Positions 12,356 to 23,609 of a stretch of 64,000 bases of DNA are shown here, piece after piece; the first letter of the stretch is position 1; the number at the start of each line of letters is the position of its first letter. The stretch covers positions 20,522,001-20,586,000 of the forward strand of contig OZ076421.1 of the NCBI GenBank assembly GCA_964187785.1, written 5' to 3'. This stretch comes from Amphiscolops sp. MND2022. Taxonomy: Eukaryota. Under the pieces are notes generated by a model that was not told the origin of the DNA, did not search any database, and saw only the letters and a list, made by a program, of their open reading frames with translations. The position numbers and the translations under genes are program-made.

Positions 12356-12405
12356 CTTTTTCAACGTTATCGATAAGATATATCTTATCGATAACGTTGA
12401 AAAAG
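12356..12405. repeat. Perfect 50-bp palindrome
   Basis: CTTTTTCAACGTTATCGATAAGATA|TATCTTATCGATAACGTTGAAAAAG. Confidence 0.95.
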
Positions 12406-14129
12406 TTTAACCAACAAAAAATTTAGAGCCGAAAAATTTTCAGCGCTGAACGTATATTAATAGATATAAATTTAATAAGACCAATTAAATTACCAAAGTA
12501 AACACCGAACCTTGTGACTGCAAAACGTTGGATTATCAGAACTACGCAAAGAATTGCTCCTTCAAGTACCGATCAAAATCGAAATAGATTTTCTGAGCAC
12601 TTCATTAAAAAATTTTAAAAACAGCCATCTAAATTTAAGCTCACAAGTGAGCTCGAAACTAAATTATTCCCTGAATTGATTTGTAAAAATGATGAAAAAA
12701 GCGCTAACGCCAACACGCCTGTTACGCTTTTGTATTCTTGGAAGCAAAACAAATATAATTGTAAGCATGAGCTTTGCAAGTGTTTATAACAGTTATTTTT
12801 GACGATGGCAAGCATAGGACCCACTACGCAAGGAACATGCTTTAAAACAGGGCTGAAAAAACTTCAAAAAATCTGAAGTGTTAAAACATTCAAAACAGCG
12901 ATCGAGATCAAGAGACTTGAATTTAAAGAGATCGAAAACTAATCAGAATTCTGAGCCACACCCAGCAATAACACTTACAGTTGAACTTTTTTAATAGTTA
13001 AAGCTGTTTCTACACTTTAGCAGTCGATACTGCTGCAACTTTTTACATGCTGCATGCATGCATGTAGCATGATTTTTTTGATAAAACCCGAAAAATTCAG
13101 TAAGCTCCTGGTAGTAAACCTTTTAGGATCACACTGCTGTTTTCACTATTGTAAAATAAAATCGAAAATAACTCTGCCTTCGTTGGCGACGCGATCAATT
13201 TGATACCTAGTTAGGACTGCTGGAACCTTTTACACAATGCAGGCCACAATGCAGGGTTATTTTTCATTAAATCTAGTGTGGTTCCGGTGCTATAACTTGT
13301 AGTATTACACTGCATTTTCCAGAACTGCAAGTAACTTTGAAACAAGACGTCCTCAAAACACTGGGATATTTTCTGCCTTATCAAACAAAATCAGGCGGAG
13401 GCGAGATTTGAAACCAAAACCTACTGATTGATAATAACCGAAATAGTCAAATAACCAAAATAGTCAAGTAGTGGATGGAGATCGTGGAGATTTGGCAGAA
13501 TTTACCATTAGTAACTACTCGACTATTTTAGTTAAAAAAACAGTCAAGTAGTGGATGGAGATGATGGAGATTTGGCGAAATTTGTTTTAAAAAAAGCATC
13601 ACGGGTCATGATTTCCTCCCCCATTATATGTGGGCGGAAAATAATAAATCACACTTCATTACCGACACTTTGTATCACAGTTATTTTCTCAACAACTCTT
13701 CTGATGTGACCGACGCTTCTCAAAATAGCACCTTAAATACCCTAAATATGACGCTCATTTGCAGTATATTACGCTTCTGAAATTGAAGTTACTTTGAACT
13801 GAAATGGCGTTGAAATTGATACCATTTTATTTCCTTTCAAATTTGAACTGCTTCTCAAGGGAATCTGCAAACCTTCAAGGCCTATAATTGCCGCAAAATT
13901 GCAATGAATCTTTCAAGCAACTTGATATACGTCGAAAAACAGGCCATGTGCCGTAAACTGATCGATTCCTACGCCTCCTCCTCAGTAAAATTACTTCGGA
14001 AATAACGTCAAAAGTTCGGATATAGCGCTTTACTTCTGATATTACATCAAAATTTCGGATAGTATTCAAAAAAATAATTTGCGGGTATATATTGAGAAAA
14101 CTTAATTTCAGAATTAATTTTTTTGAAAC

Positions 14130-14465
14130 AGTCTCAAAGTCCAAAAAATGTAAAACGGGAGACCCTTTGGGCTTTTTCAAATTCCAGTTTGTTGCAAAAC
14201 ATCTAAAATTTTGAATGGGGGCCCCTTTGGGAACAAAAAAAATCGAAAAAAGCCGCGCAATGCCGAAAAAAGTTCAAAAGGGGGACCCTACAGTCTCGTC
14301 CGGTTTTGTATCTTTTCGATTCCGCTTGCCGGTCCAGAAGTTTAATGGTCCTGTGAAAAGTGTTCACTACGCATACGTTCTGTCATCTTACGAAAGAAAT
14401 AGAAAAACACTTGCCAATGAATTAGTCGGGCTTTTTTCCTTTAAAGCAAAATGCGCCGACTAAAA
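14130..14465 (+). mobile_element. Partial copy of the GGGGACCC / GCGCCGACTA repeat family
   Basis: GGGAGACCCTTTGGG, GGGGACCCTA and the end TAGTCGGGC...GCGCCGACTAAAA match 5843-6332. Confidence 0.6.
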
Positions 14466-15299
14466 TATCTAAATTCACGACATAATGTTGACAAGTGGTC
14501 AGGGATCAGAAGTGACATTATTCGGCCTGGAACAAAGGTCTGTACTCAATTTTAATGAGATTTATCTTCCAAAATTGAGACCAAGTTACTCAAAGTGCCT
14601 CCAAGGTGAACGAGGAATTGTAATAAAAATTTACACCTATGAAAAAGGCAACAGAGAATTACAAGAAAGTACAATTCCCTTGATTAGGACTCTGGTCCTG
14701 GACATTCTATGCATTTCTGTATACTTTATGTACATTGAGAACTTGTAAAGGAAACTTCTAGAAATCTGGCAACAAATTATTGTTTTTTAGGCTGCTCGTG
14801 ATAGCTCAAACGAGTCATTCAGATTTTTTGGACAGCAATATTCCAGTGCATTGAAGACTCCAAGATCAAAGTCTGAAGAGCATGCGCTTTGATGTCCAAT
14901 CTTGCCTCGTCGTCAGTGGCCCTTGGTTTTTTTCTCAATGGCCTTGTAGCATGGACTCGTCAGGTGCAGTTTTGACATCAAAACTAACGTAGCAAGAGAC
15001 TGACAAATGTGCCCCCAATTCTATTATGTCTAATGTGAGTGTAGACATCTTCCGCTTCCGGGTAATGCAATTGTTTTGGCATACATTCAGTGTGTTGTTG
15101 CAAGAAAGTTTAGTTGACCTTTAGAATTTAGAAGAATGTTCCTGGGATAAAAGCAGTGTCTTAACCATATACTATTTCTGATCTCAAGCTTGGTACGACT
15201 GAAATTATACATACTCTGCGGTAGAGCATTAAACCATTTTGAGTAACCTTACACTGATGCGCAACACTGACAGTTCAATTCGATTGGGAAGTCGGTTCT

Positions 15300-18200
15300 T
15301 CCCAGATGTTCTTTTTCTTCTATAGCTCTTGTCGTTTTTCAAATTTGACCTCTTGTATTATGATTTGTTGTATTACGCCATCAATTTGGAATGAACATAA
15401 ACCATCGTAATCAAAAAAGGCGATGATACAAATATGTAACCGAGTGGAAAGTGGGCTCTTCAACAAAAAAGATGTTGATGCTGTCGACAAACTGCAAGCT
15501 GGAGAGTTTCCTTGCAGAGTCGGTGGCGATCACTTAAAACCTCGAAAAAAGACTACTAAATTACGAACTGAAACACTCGTGTGAAAATCAAGTATTGCCC
15601 CATTTTCGGCACCTTAGAACTTTTCTTCGAGTTTTTTGTTGTTTGTCGTGGATGAAATTATAGTTTTGGAGCCTCACGTGTATCTTCTCGTGACATTTTC
15701 GGCACTGAGATTTTGTTAAGATTCTAGCAAAAGTGTCCTTTGCATAATTGGGAAACTTGGTTTTTTGAAACGAAAATTGAGCTGGGATTGTTATTTTTAG
15801 AACAACAGGAAGATTGTAGAGAAATTCTAGTAAGTTTGAAGAAAAAACTGTCCACAAGTTTACCAATATTAAATTTGTAGAATTGTGTATATTTATTTGC
15901 ATATTTGTAAAGAATTGCGAGGACGTCTTTAAAAAGGTGGTTATTGTGTTCGAAAAAGCAGATGTCTTAACAAAAAACTATGTTCGTACCTGTCATGGTT
16001 TACCAAGTGATGGTACTGGCCCTAAACAAATTATTGCTAAACTTGTTTGACAAAAAACTGAACATCAGCAGCTGCGAAACGAATGGAAATTGAAAATGTA
16101 CCAACATATTCGTCAATAATGACCTAAATTACTTACCGAACTTGCCAAACTACTAAACAATACCTGCAAAAGTTTAAAAAAGTACCCTCAATGAGACATT
16201 GGGATATCTGACATAGTGTTTTTCTTCCTTTTCTATGCTGAAGGTTTTGATGTTGCCCTGCGGTAATATTGAACTTGCCCTGAGATGAGCTACAAAGACT
16301 CCTTGAAAAGCTTTGAGAAAAAATTAAAGCAACTTTTGCTTTGTTCATTTGAATTTTCATATTGTATTTAAAAGCATAAGCAATTCAGGTCGTTTGTGAA
16401 CGACATGGGTAGAAACGCTAATATTGGCGTTTCTGAAAGCTGGCTCACATCCAACGATAAAATGTCTTCATGGAATGTAGCTCAAGAAGCAAACTCAAAA
16501 ACGTTTTAGATTCGACAGAAGTTCAACTAACCAAAAACGTACGTAGAAGTGATCATCTTAGTTCACTTGAAACTAGATCCCAAAAAAACTTTATGAGAAA
16601 ACCTTTTCGATTTTTCACCTTTCGAGTCACTACAGGCAGACTTCTTTTTAGACAAACTGTAATTCTGAAATACTTTGGAAAATCCCCACCAATCCATGAA
16701 AAAACCCCAAACTGTCGTTCTTAAATTTATTATTGACAAACTCTGATCTGTTATGCGAATAATGCTAAGCAATGGCGAAAACATGGAGTACTTACTAAGT
16801 TTACAACCTTAGAATACTCTCACCTGGACAAATCACTCGGAAGAAGTTTTTGCAAACCTTGTCAGATTTTCCATGGTTCAAAATCTATCATTGCTCATGT
16901 GCTAATGATGTTCAAAATTTGTGCTTATCCCAACCAAAATCTTCGAGAAGCATGCTCGTATCTCAACAACGGTTCTCGAAGAAAAAACTTGAACTTTGGA
17001 AAAAAACTTGGTTCAACAAAAAATTCATAAACTATCTACGTGAACTGCAACTTGCTGATGCAAACGACTACAAAGTTTCATTTTCCGAAAATCCGTCTTC
17101 TTCTAGTAAACTGCGATTGAACTTCTTGTCTGTCGTGAAAGAAACAAAAATTGTTCCTGAGAACTGTTTCAACTCTCTTGAATCATCAAAATGTCGCTGA
17201 AATTTCAAAAGAGTGTTTAGGGGACACGAGCAATCAGTTAACATTACAGCTTTCGAAATTACTTTTGGAGATTTGACTGTCATAGATCAGAAAATTGCAG
17301 AACACTTGTGCTTCATCTTCACAAATCTAGATCAATGTTTCGGTTAAAAATGAGAGAGCCCCAATTTTTAGGATGGTGATTAATCGTTCAGTTTCCGGTT
17401 AATAACGGAAAAAAGCGCGATATTTTGAAGGAAATAAAATCTTACAAGGCATCCGCTCCCAGCAAAATTTTTGCCTTGACAACTATTAACGATCAACAAA
17501 TCTTAGTCACTTGACTGAAATTCGTTTTCAATGTGTGCATTAGGGATTCTTGATCTTAACAAATCTAGATCAATGTTTCCGTAAAAATTGAAAGCCCCAA
17601 TGTTTAGGATGGTGATTAATCGTTCAGTTTCCGGTTAATAACGGAAAGAAGCACGATATTTTGAAGGAAATAAAATCTTACAGGGCGTCCGCTCCCTGCA
17701 AAGTATTTGCCTGGACAACTATTAACGATCAACAAATCTTAGTCACAAGACTGAAATTCGTTTTGAATGACTGCATTAGGGATTCTGGGTACCCTCAATG
17801 CTAAAGAAGAGCTGCAATAACGTAATGTTTTCTTTCAGAAGGTGACTGACAACTTGGATCCGTTGAATTCTCGCCCCATTTCATTCACTATTCCGTTCTC
17901 CAAAATACTGGACTCTTATTTGAATAAATGAATGAACACCTGGTTTAGCAGAGGGTGGAGGGACACTCACGCGGTTTCAACTTGGTTTTTGATCAACTGT
18001 TTTTGGGCAAGATGCTATGTTGTCTCTTATTCAATGAATCCAACACATCATAATCTTCCGAAGAAACTCAAATCATTACATTTTCGACTTCAGCAATACA
18101 AATCTTGGAGTTTTTTATACCATGGGTAAAAGGTTTTTTACCGGGTCGATTGCGACACGTTTACGTAAATGGTGTTGTTTGGGAAAGATTTGACCTTGAA

Positions 18201-18570
18201 CAAGGTGTGGCTCAGAGAGTAGTCATAGAACCGCTGTTTTCCAGCATGTATATGAACGATTCTCCAATCCAAATATGCGAAACGGCTGAAACTCAACAGT
18301 ATGCTGACGATTGTTCACTTATTTGGAAAAATAAAAAGTCTTAGATTGCTATTCAAGTGTTTCGAGACAGTTTACACAGGTTCGATAAATTATTTTGTCT
18401 CGAAAAATGGATTTCGAAGGAAAGTAAAACGGAATTTATCACCCTCTCCCTCAAAAACGAAAAACAGTCCAACGCCTCAGGGACAGTTACTGTCTGCTAC
18501 ACCCTGATAAAGAAATCAGATCATGCAAATGCTCTGATGTCCCCTTTGAAAACACTATGACTTTCAAACA
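15300..18570 (+). mobile_element. Heavily decayed LINE (EEP endonuclease + RT)
   Basis: IGVSESWL-like EEP motif at about 16425; RT remnants HVYVNG, EQGVAQ, MYMND and QQYADD at about 18160-18310. Many stops and frameshifts; boundaries approximate. Confidence 0.65.
17321..17787. repeat. Tandem duplication with a 238-bp unit inside the decayed LINE
   Basis: ACAAATCTAGATCAATGTTTC starts at 17321 and 17559; the units stay collinear to GCATTAGGGATTCT. Confidence 0.85.
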
Positions 18571-18589
18571 CAGGTTAATAGTCGGGAAC

Positions 18590-18910
18590 AAGACGTTTCG
18601 GCTACAGACGTTTCAACGACAATGTGGTGGCGAACGTATTGGCCACAACACTGTCGCTGAAACGTCTTTGTCGCCTAAACGTCCTCTAAAAGCTAAATAC
18701 AAAAATTCTTCTCCATAGTTACCTTTGCTACGTTAAAACGTGCCTCCAATTTGCCCCCATTTCCTGTTGTGCCCCGCGGCCCCTTAGGGGCACTAGAATT
18801 ATTTCGTTTTGGTTTTCAGCTTTTAGAGGACATTTCGTCGACAAAAACGTTTCGGACACAGTTTTGTAGCCAAAACGTTCGCCGAAATACTGTCACTGAA
18901 ACGTCCAGAA
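18590..18910. mobile_element. Two adjacent small foldback/MITE remnants
   Basis: Internally repeated GACGTTTCG/CGAAACGTC inverted motifs (about 18590-18685 and 18825-18910), similar in style to the 7913 TIRs. Confidence 0.45.
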
Positions 18911-20294
18911 TCCAAAAATGCGCTGGAACTTTCGGCAGTTGGTATTGAAACAAACGAAATCATCGAGAATAGGTTTCCGATATGAGTAGTTAGGTTAGGC
19001 TTTTCTGCGCATTGTTATTGAGTCACATGGAATATTCTGTATTGTTTCTCTTCCCAACTAACTCTCTTCTTCGTTGCTTTCACAAAAAAATTGGGCCTCG
19101 AGAAGTGTTTTTTTCTCGTTTGAATACCGAGTCATCCTATGAATTGAGAAAAGACCAAGGGAATAATCAGTATCGAAATATTTGAATCAGATCAAGTCTC
19201 TGATCTACTTTTTCAGTACATCATTGTCAGATAAAAGTTTTCCAAAGCCATTTGAAGAGACCTACTCTAACGGCACCTTCTGGTACAGCAGATTCAATCG
19301 ATATTGGAATTAAGACTTTGGAAATTTTTGAAAAATTTTAATTCGATGCTTGACGTGGCACTGAGCATGTCACTAAGTGCTCAGGAGTGCTCTTTAGCTG
19401 TTTCTACAATATTGGCAAGGACTTCGACAACAAAGAGCAAGAACGACCACAATCACAGGAATAGCCACCAGAACAGACACCAGAGACTGCAAATACCTCT
19501 TATAATAGACTCTTTTACAGGTGCTAACTTTGATTTCAGCAGTATGCTAACTAAGTAGCGGAAACCGTAAAGACGAGTCTTTTCGTCTAATTCATGAATC
19601 TGTGCCTGTAGTGCCCCATCTTGCCAGCTGACTGTGGACATTGTCAAATAATTGTTGTGGACAGTGGACAAGATTGTTGCATTTTGTTGCTTGCATTTGT
19701 TTTTTTTACTACTGAGCAGTTTTAGATTTTATTCCCCAAGTAACCTTGAATGGAAAATATTACATTCATACTTCCTTTTGGAACGTTTTTACAGGCTGTC
19801 TAAGCGTTAGTTTCGAAGACAAAGCATAATTGACGTTACTGACAGCAATTAGTGGCTGGATAAAGCTGGCGAGGGCTTCTTAAGAGACGAAGACCTCCTT
19901 ATGACAGGACAACTTTTATCCAGGAGGTAAAATGGGACTATGACTATGGGCGCCTGTCCCGGGCAAATGTCCCATGTCTTAGATTCCTCCATCTCTGTGA
20001 CTGAGCTGTGCCAATGGTAAGAGCTTCACGTTAGATACAGTAACATCGATGAAATTAATGTACAAGTCGAGTGGTCTAAGTGTCTAGTTTTCTTTTGTTC
20101 CCATTTTTCCTCAATTTTTAGGATGGGGTGTTTTGAGATCAAGTTTTTGTTTGATCGAAAAGCGATATCATAAATTTTGAGATCGAATTGTTTTAATTTT
20201 GTTTTAACTTTTGCTCCTGCTAAGCTTTGGAAAAATTTCAAAGAAATTTAGGTACTTTTTTCCACTAAAACGGGGGTCCTTTACGATGTTTGCA

Positions 20295-20420
20295 AGCACG
20301 CCCTCATCGTCGCAAAGACCAACTCACACTACGATCGCTTCGCGATCTACGTTCCCGCTATCTCTTCGCTCCTGTTCGACCTCGCTCAGCAAGATGGGAA
20401 CATAAGCGGCCCCAAGGGGG
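20295..20420 (+). repeat. Core module B dispersed repeat
   Basis: CGTCGCAAAGACC...CGATCGCTTCGCGATC...CAAGATGGGAA; copies at 39315-39480 (+) and 41090-41275 (-). Confidence 0.75.
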
Positions 20421-20890
20421 GCATATCTGAGGTCCAAAAACATTGTTATTTGAAAACCCTAGTTATTTGAAAACATTGATTCGATCTCAATGACAGACCG
20501 TTTTCCGGAAGCTTCAGACTTGCAGAAGGAGAACGTAGGGTTCGAGTGTCGCACTAAATACAAAGTTATTCAATGTTTCCAAAAGTACAGGGTAGACCAA
20601 AGGGTCCCCCCTTTGAGTTTTTTCGGCACTTTGCGACTTTTCTCCGAAAATTTTTGTATTCTTTCGAAGTTTACCCTGTTGAATTTTATTGAAGTTGTCG
20701 ATTCATAAAAACCGTTCAATGAGCCTAAAGTGTTTTTCGGTGTGGAAGTTCCAGTTCCCCCATGGGCGTCTCCACTCCATATGGTCCCAAAAAAGAGCCT
20801 AATTGTTGTGATAAAATTAATAAAAAGAGCGATTTTGTTTTATGATTCATTCTTGCAAGTCGAGAAGCTGTCATTCCGCAACCCAACAAT

Positions 20891-20940
20891 TGGTGACCCC
20901 GACGTGATTTGGTGACCCCGACGTGATTTGGTGACCCCGA
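20891..20940 (+). promoter_or_regulatory. Tandem tRNA-Trp primer-binding sites (two full, one partial)
   Basis: TGGTGACCCCGACGTGAT at 20891 and 20910 and TGGTGACCCCGA at 20929, complementary to the eukaryotic tRNA-Trp 3' end ATCACGTCGGGGTCACCA. Confidence 0.85.
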
Positions 20941-21535
20941 TGTCGACAGACGAAACAAAGGAAACTGCATCTGGGTCTTCCTAGTCTGTGTCAACACAGG
21001 AAGACAATGTAACGTATGTGAGCAGAGTTACCGTGAAACCTCGTGTCTTCTACATATCGAATCCCCAGATTTGGTTCCGTCAACTGGAGTCACAATTCCA
21101 TCTGACGGGTATTACCAGCAGCGGGACGCATTTCCATCACGTATTAGCTGCATTGCTTTAGGATGTCGCGATAAACATGTCTCTTGAAACGGAAAATTAT
21201 GAAGATTTGAAGCTAAAGGTTATCACGATTTATCAGACGAGCCGTCGAAAGGTGTTAGAGGAAGCGCTTGGTTCGGTAACTATCGAAGGTTAGAAGCCAT
21301 CAGTCCCCTAGTCCGTATTCAGCGCAACCATGCTGACTGTAGTCTCCAAGTGGATGATGGAGTAGTTCGTCATCGCCTATTACAGGCGATGCCTTCTTCA
21401 ACTCGTATTGCACTCTCCGCACCTTCAACACTTGACTTGAAACAATTCGCAACATTGGCTGAGACCATATACAGCTATTCCGAGGGTAATGAACAAGCAA
21501 TGCTGTTTCAAGCAAACCAGAGCAGTCTATGCCTC
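20940..21535 (+). pseudogene. Gypsy gag, N-terminal part, with stops and a frameshift
   Basis: MSTDETKE...VKPRVFYISNPQIWFRQLESQFHLTGITS...VRHRLLQAMP, interrupted by a LINE tail at about 21540. Confidence 0.75.
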
Positions 21536-23609
21536 ACTCTTCTTGTTGTTGTTGTATTGACCTCACAGCAGGCTGAATGGACTTCTCCCGGCGGTTGTTA
21601 TCAGAATATCCTAGTTGTGTTTCGGCAGTTTTGGCAGTCACAGTATATTTGGTAGGTGCACAAATGATCTTCAAGAAAGAGCTGATGGAAGTATTGCCAC
21701 ACGAAGTCCAGAATTCTATTTCTGAGGCCCAAAGGTTCAAAAAATGCCACCCTGTCCGGAAGTTTGTTCGCAAGTCGGCACATCCTGAAACAGAACTCAG
21801 CGCGAGCGTTCTAAGTACGGGCAGTTTTTATATCAAACATCATTCTGCCCTTTTTAGAAATTGTCGTTGTCATATTCAAGTCTACCCCCGTGAAGCGCAT
21901 TTCGTGAAAATATTCTAATAGAAATAGTACGCTCTTTAGTTAGAAGAGCATAGGCACTGGTAGAAGGTTGCATTTTAAGCGAAGCGCTTTGTGAGTTGAA
22001 TGATAGTCACGGCATACCCATTCGAGGACTCTTTTCTGGAAATTTTTAAGTAATTTTAAACCGGTTCTGGAAAGACTGAAGCAGCAACAAGAAAATGTCA
22101 AAATTGGCAGTAACATAGAATTATACAAATTTAGGCTGACTCGCATTTGTGTAGCGGAGGTGTTCCTCTTGATAAAGAAGAAAACTGTTAGCTTTACGTA
22201 TTTCGCTTTCAATATGGGTCGACCATGATAAATTACTAGTTACCATCAATCCAAGATCTTTGGCAGATGTAAGTCCCCGGAGAGGTAAATTACTCAAATA
22301 GAATTGTTCTTCCGTTGTGCCTCGGAATGTAATTATAAAACACTTTAGGTCCTCGACAGCAAAAACATTTTGTTTTTCACTCCCCATTTAGTAAAGTTAT
22401 CAAGGTCCTTTTGAAAAACTTCTTTGTTGAAAATCACTATGCTTTCTCAGGTCATCAGCATAAAAGGAAGGTTCACTATAGACTAAATATTCCGGTAGAT
22501 CGTTGACAAATATGAGAAATATCAACAGTCCAATAAAAGACCCTTGCGTTACTCCTTTTGTTCTGAGAAGTTTATCAGAGCGTTCATTGCCAAAACGGAC
22601 AATTTGGTATCGATATGTTAAATCATCTTTGAGAAGCTACAGTAGACATCCACCAACTCCTATTGTAGAAACCTTTTGACTTAACTCAATCTCAAAATTG
22701 ATGCAGTGTGTAACGGCTGCATGCCCTTATCCTGCGCTGAGGCTTGACAAGCTTTACGCCGCCCTGATCCGTTGCTTAGTGCTGTGGACCGTCACTAAAC
22801 AATTCCTGGTTTCTTGTTTTAAAGGACTGTATCTTTTGGCTTGATGGGTCCGATGTGACCCGTGGAATCTCCTGCGATCCCTCTTTGCACTGAATTGGAT
22901 CCGATGTGATCCTGCACACACACACTTCCCTCACTGTATCTTCACGCGCTCCGGCTCTCCAACTATGAGAGTAGCTACTTAGTCGCTCTAACTCTAGCGA
23001 AAAGTTGTGAAGATTGAGAAGTTGATTAATTAGTCTCGCGGTCCTGAGACCCAACTTGACTATAGCTATTCAGTGGAGAAAATCTCTATCTAATAATGGT
23101 ATACATATGGTTTACAATTCTAGAGTAAATATAAGCAAATATCAGTTGAAATATGTTGTATAAATAAATGACATTTAAAGCATAAAATGAAGTTATTGAC
23201 TAAGTAAACAAAGAATGTGGTGGTTTTGGCATGTTGGTTAGGTGGGTTAGAAAGTATGTTTACACAATGTAAATATCATTAATTTCAACAGAGATGAATT
23301 TCCTTCAAGGTCATATGAGAAAATCACATAATAATTAATATATCAAAATTGGGATTTCATGGGGTCCGACCTAGGTCACTTTGGGTGTTAATTGCTCGGA
23401 ACCCAGGGGAGATACGGGGTAGGTTGTTAAGAGTGAAAAGTTAGTGTATCACCACCACTATATGTGTGCCAAGTTTCAAGGTGATTGAATCAGTGGTTTT
23501 CCGGGACGGGGGGTGGTGTTTTTTTACATAGGGTCATTTTTGCTTAGACTTGTATTTTTCCATCTAAAATCTTGATAAATTTTCTAAGTGTTTTGAGTTG
23601 TAAGTTTCA

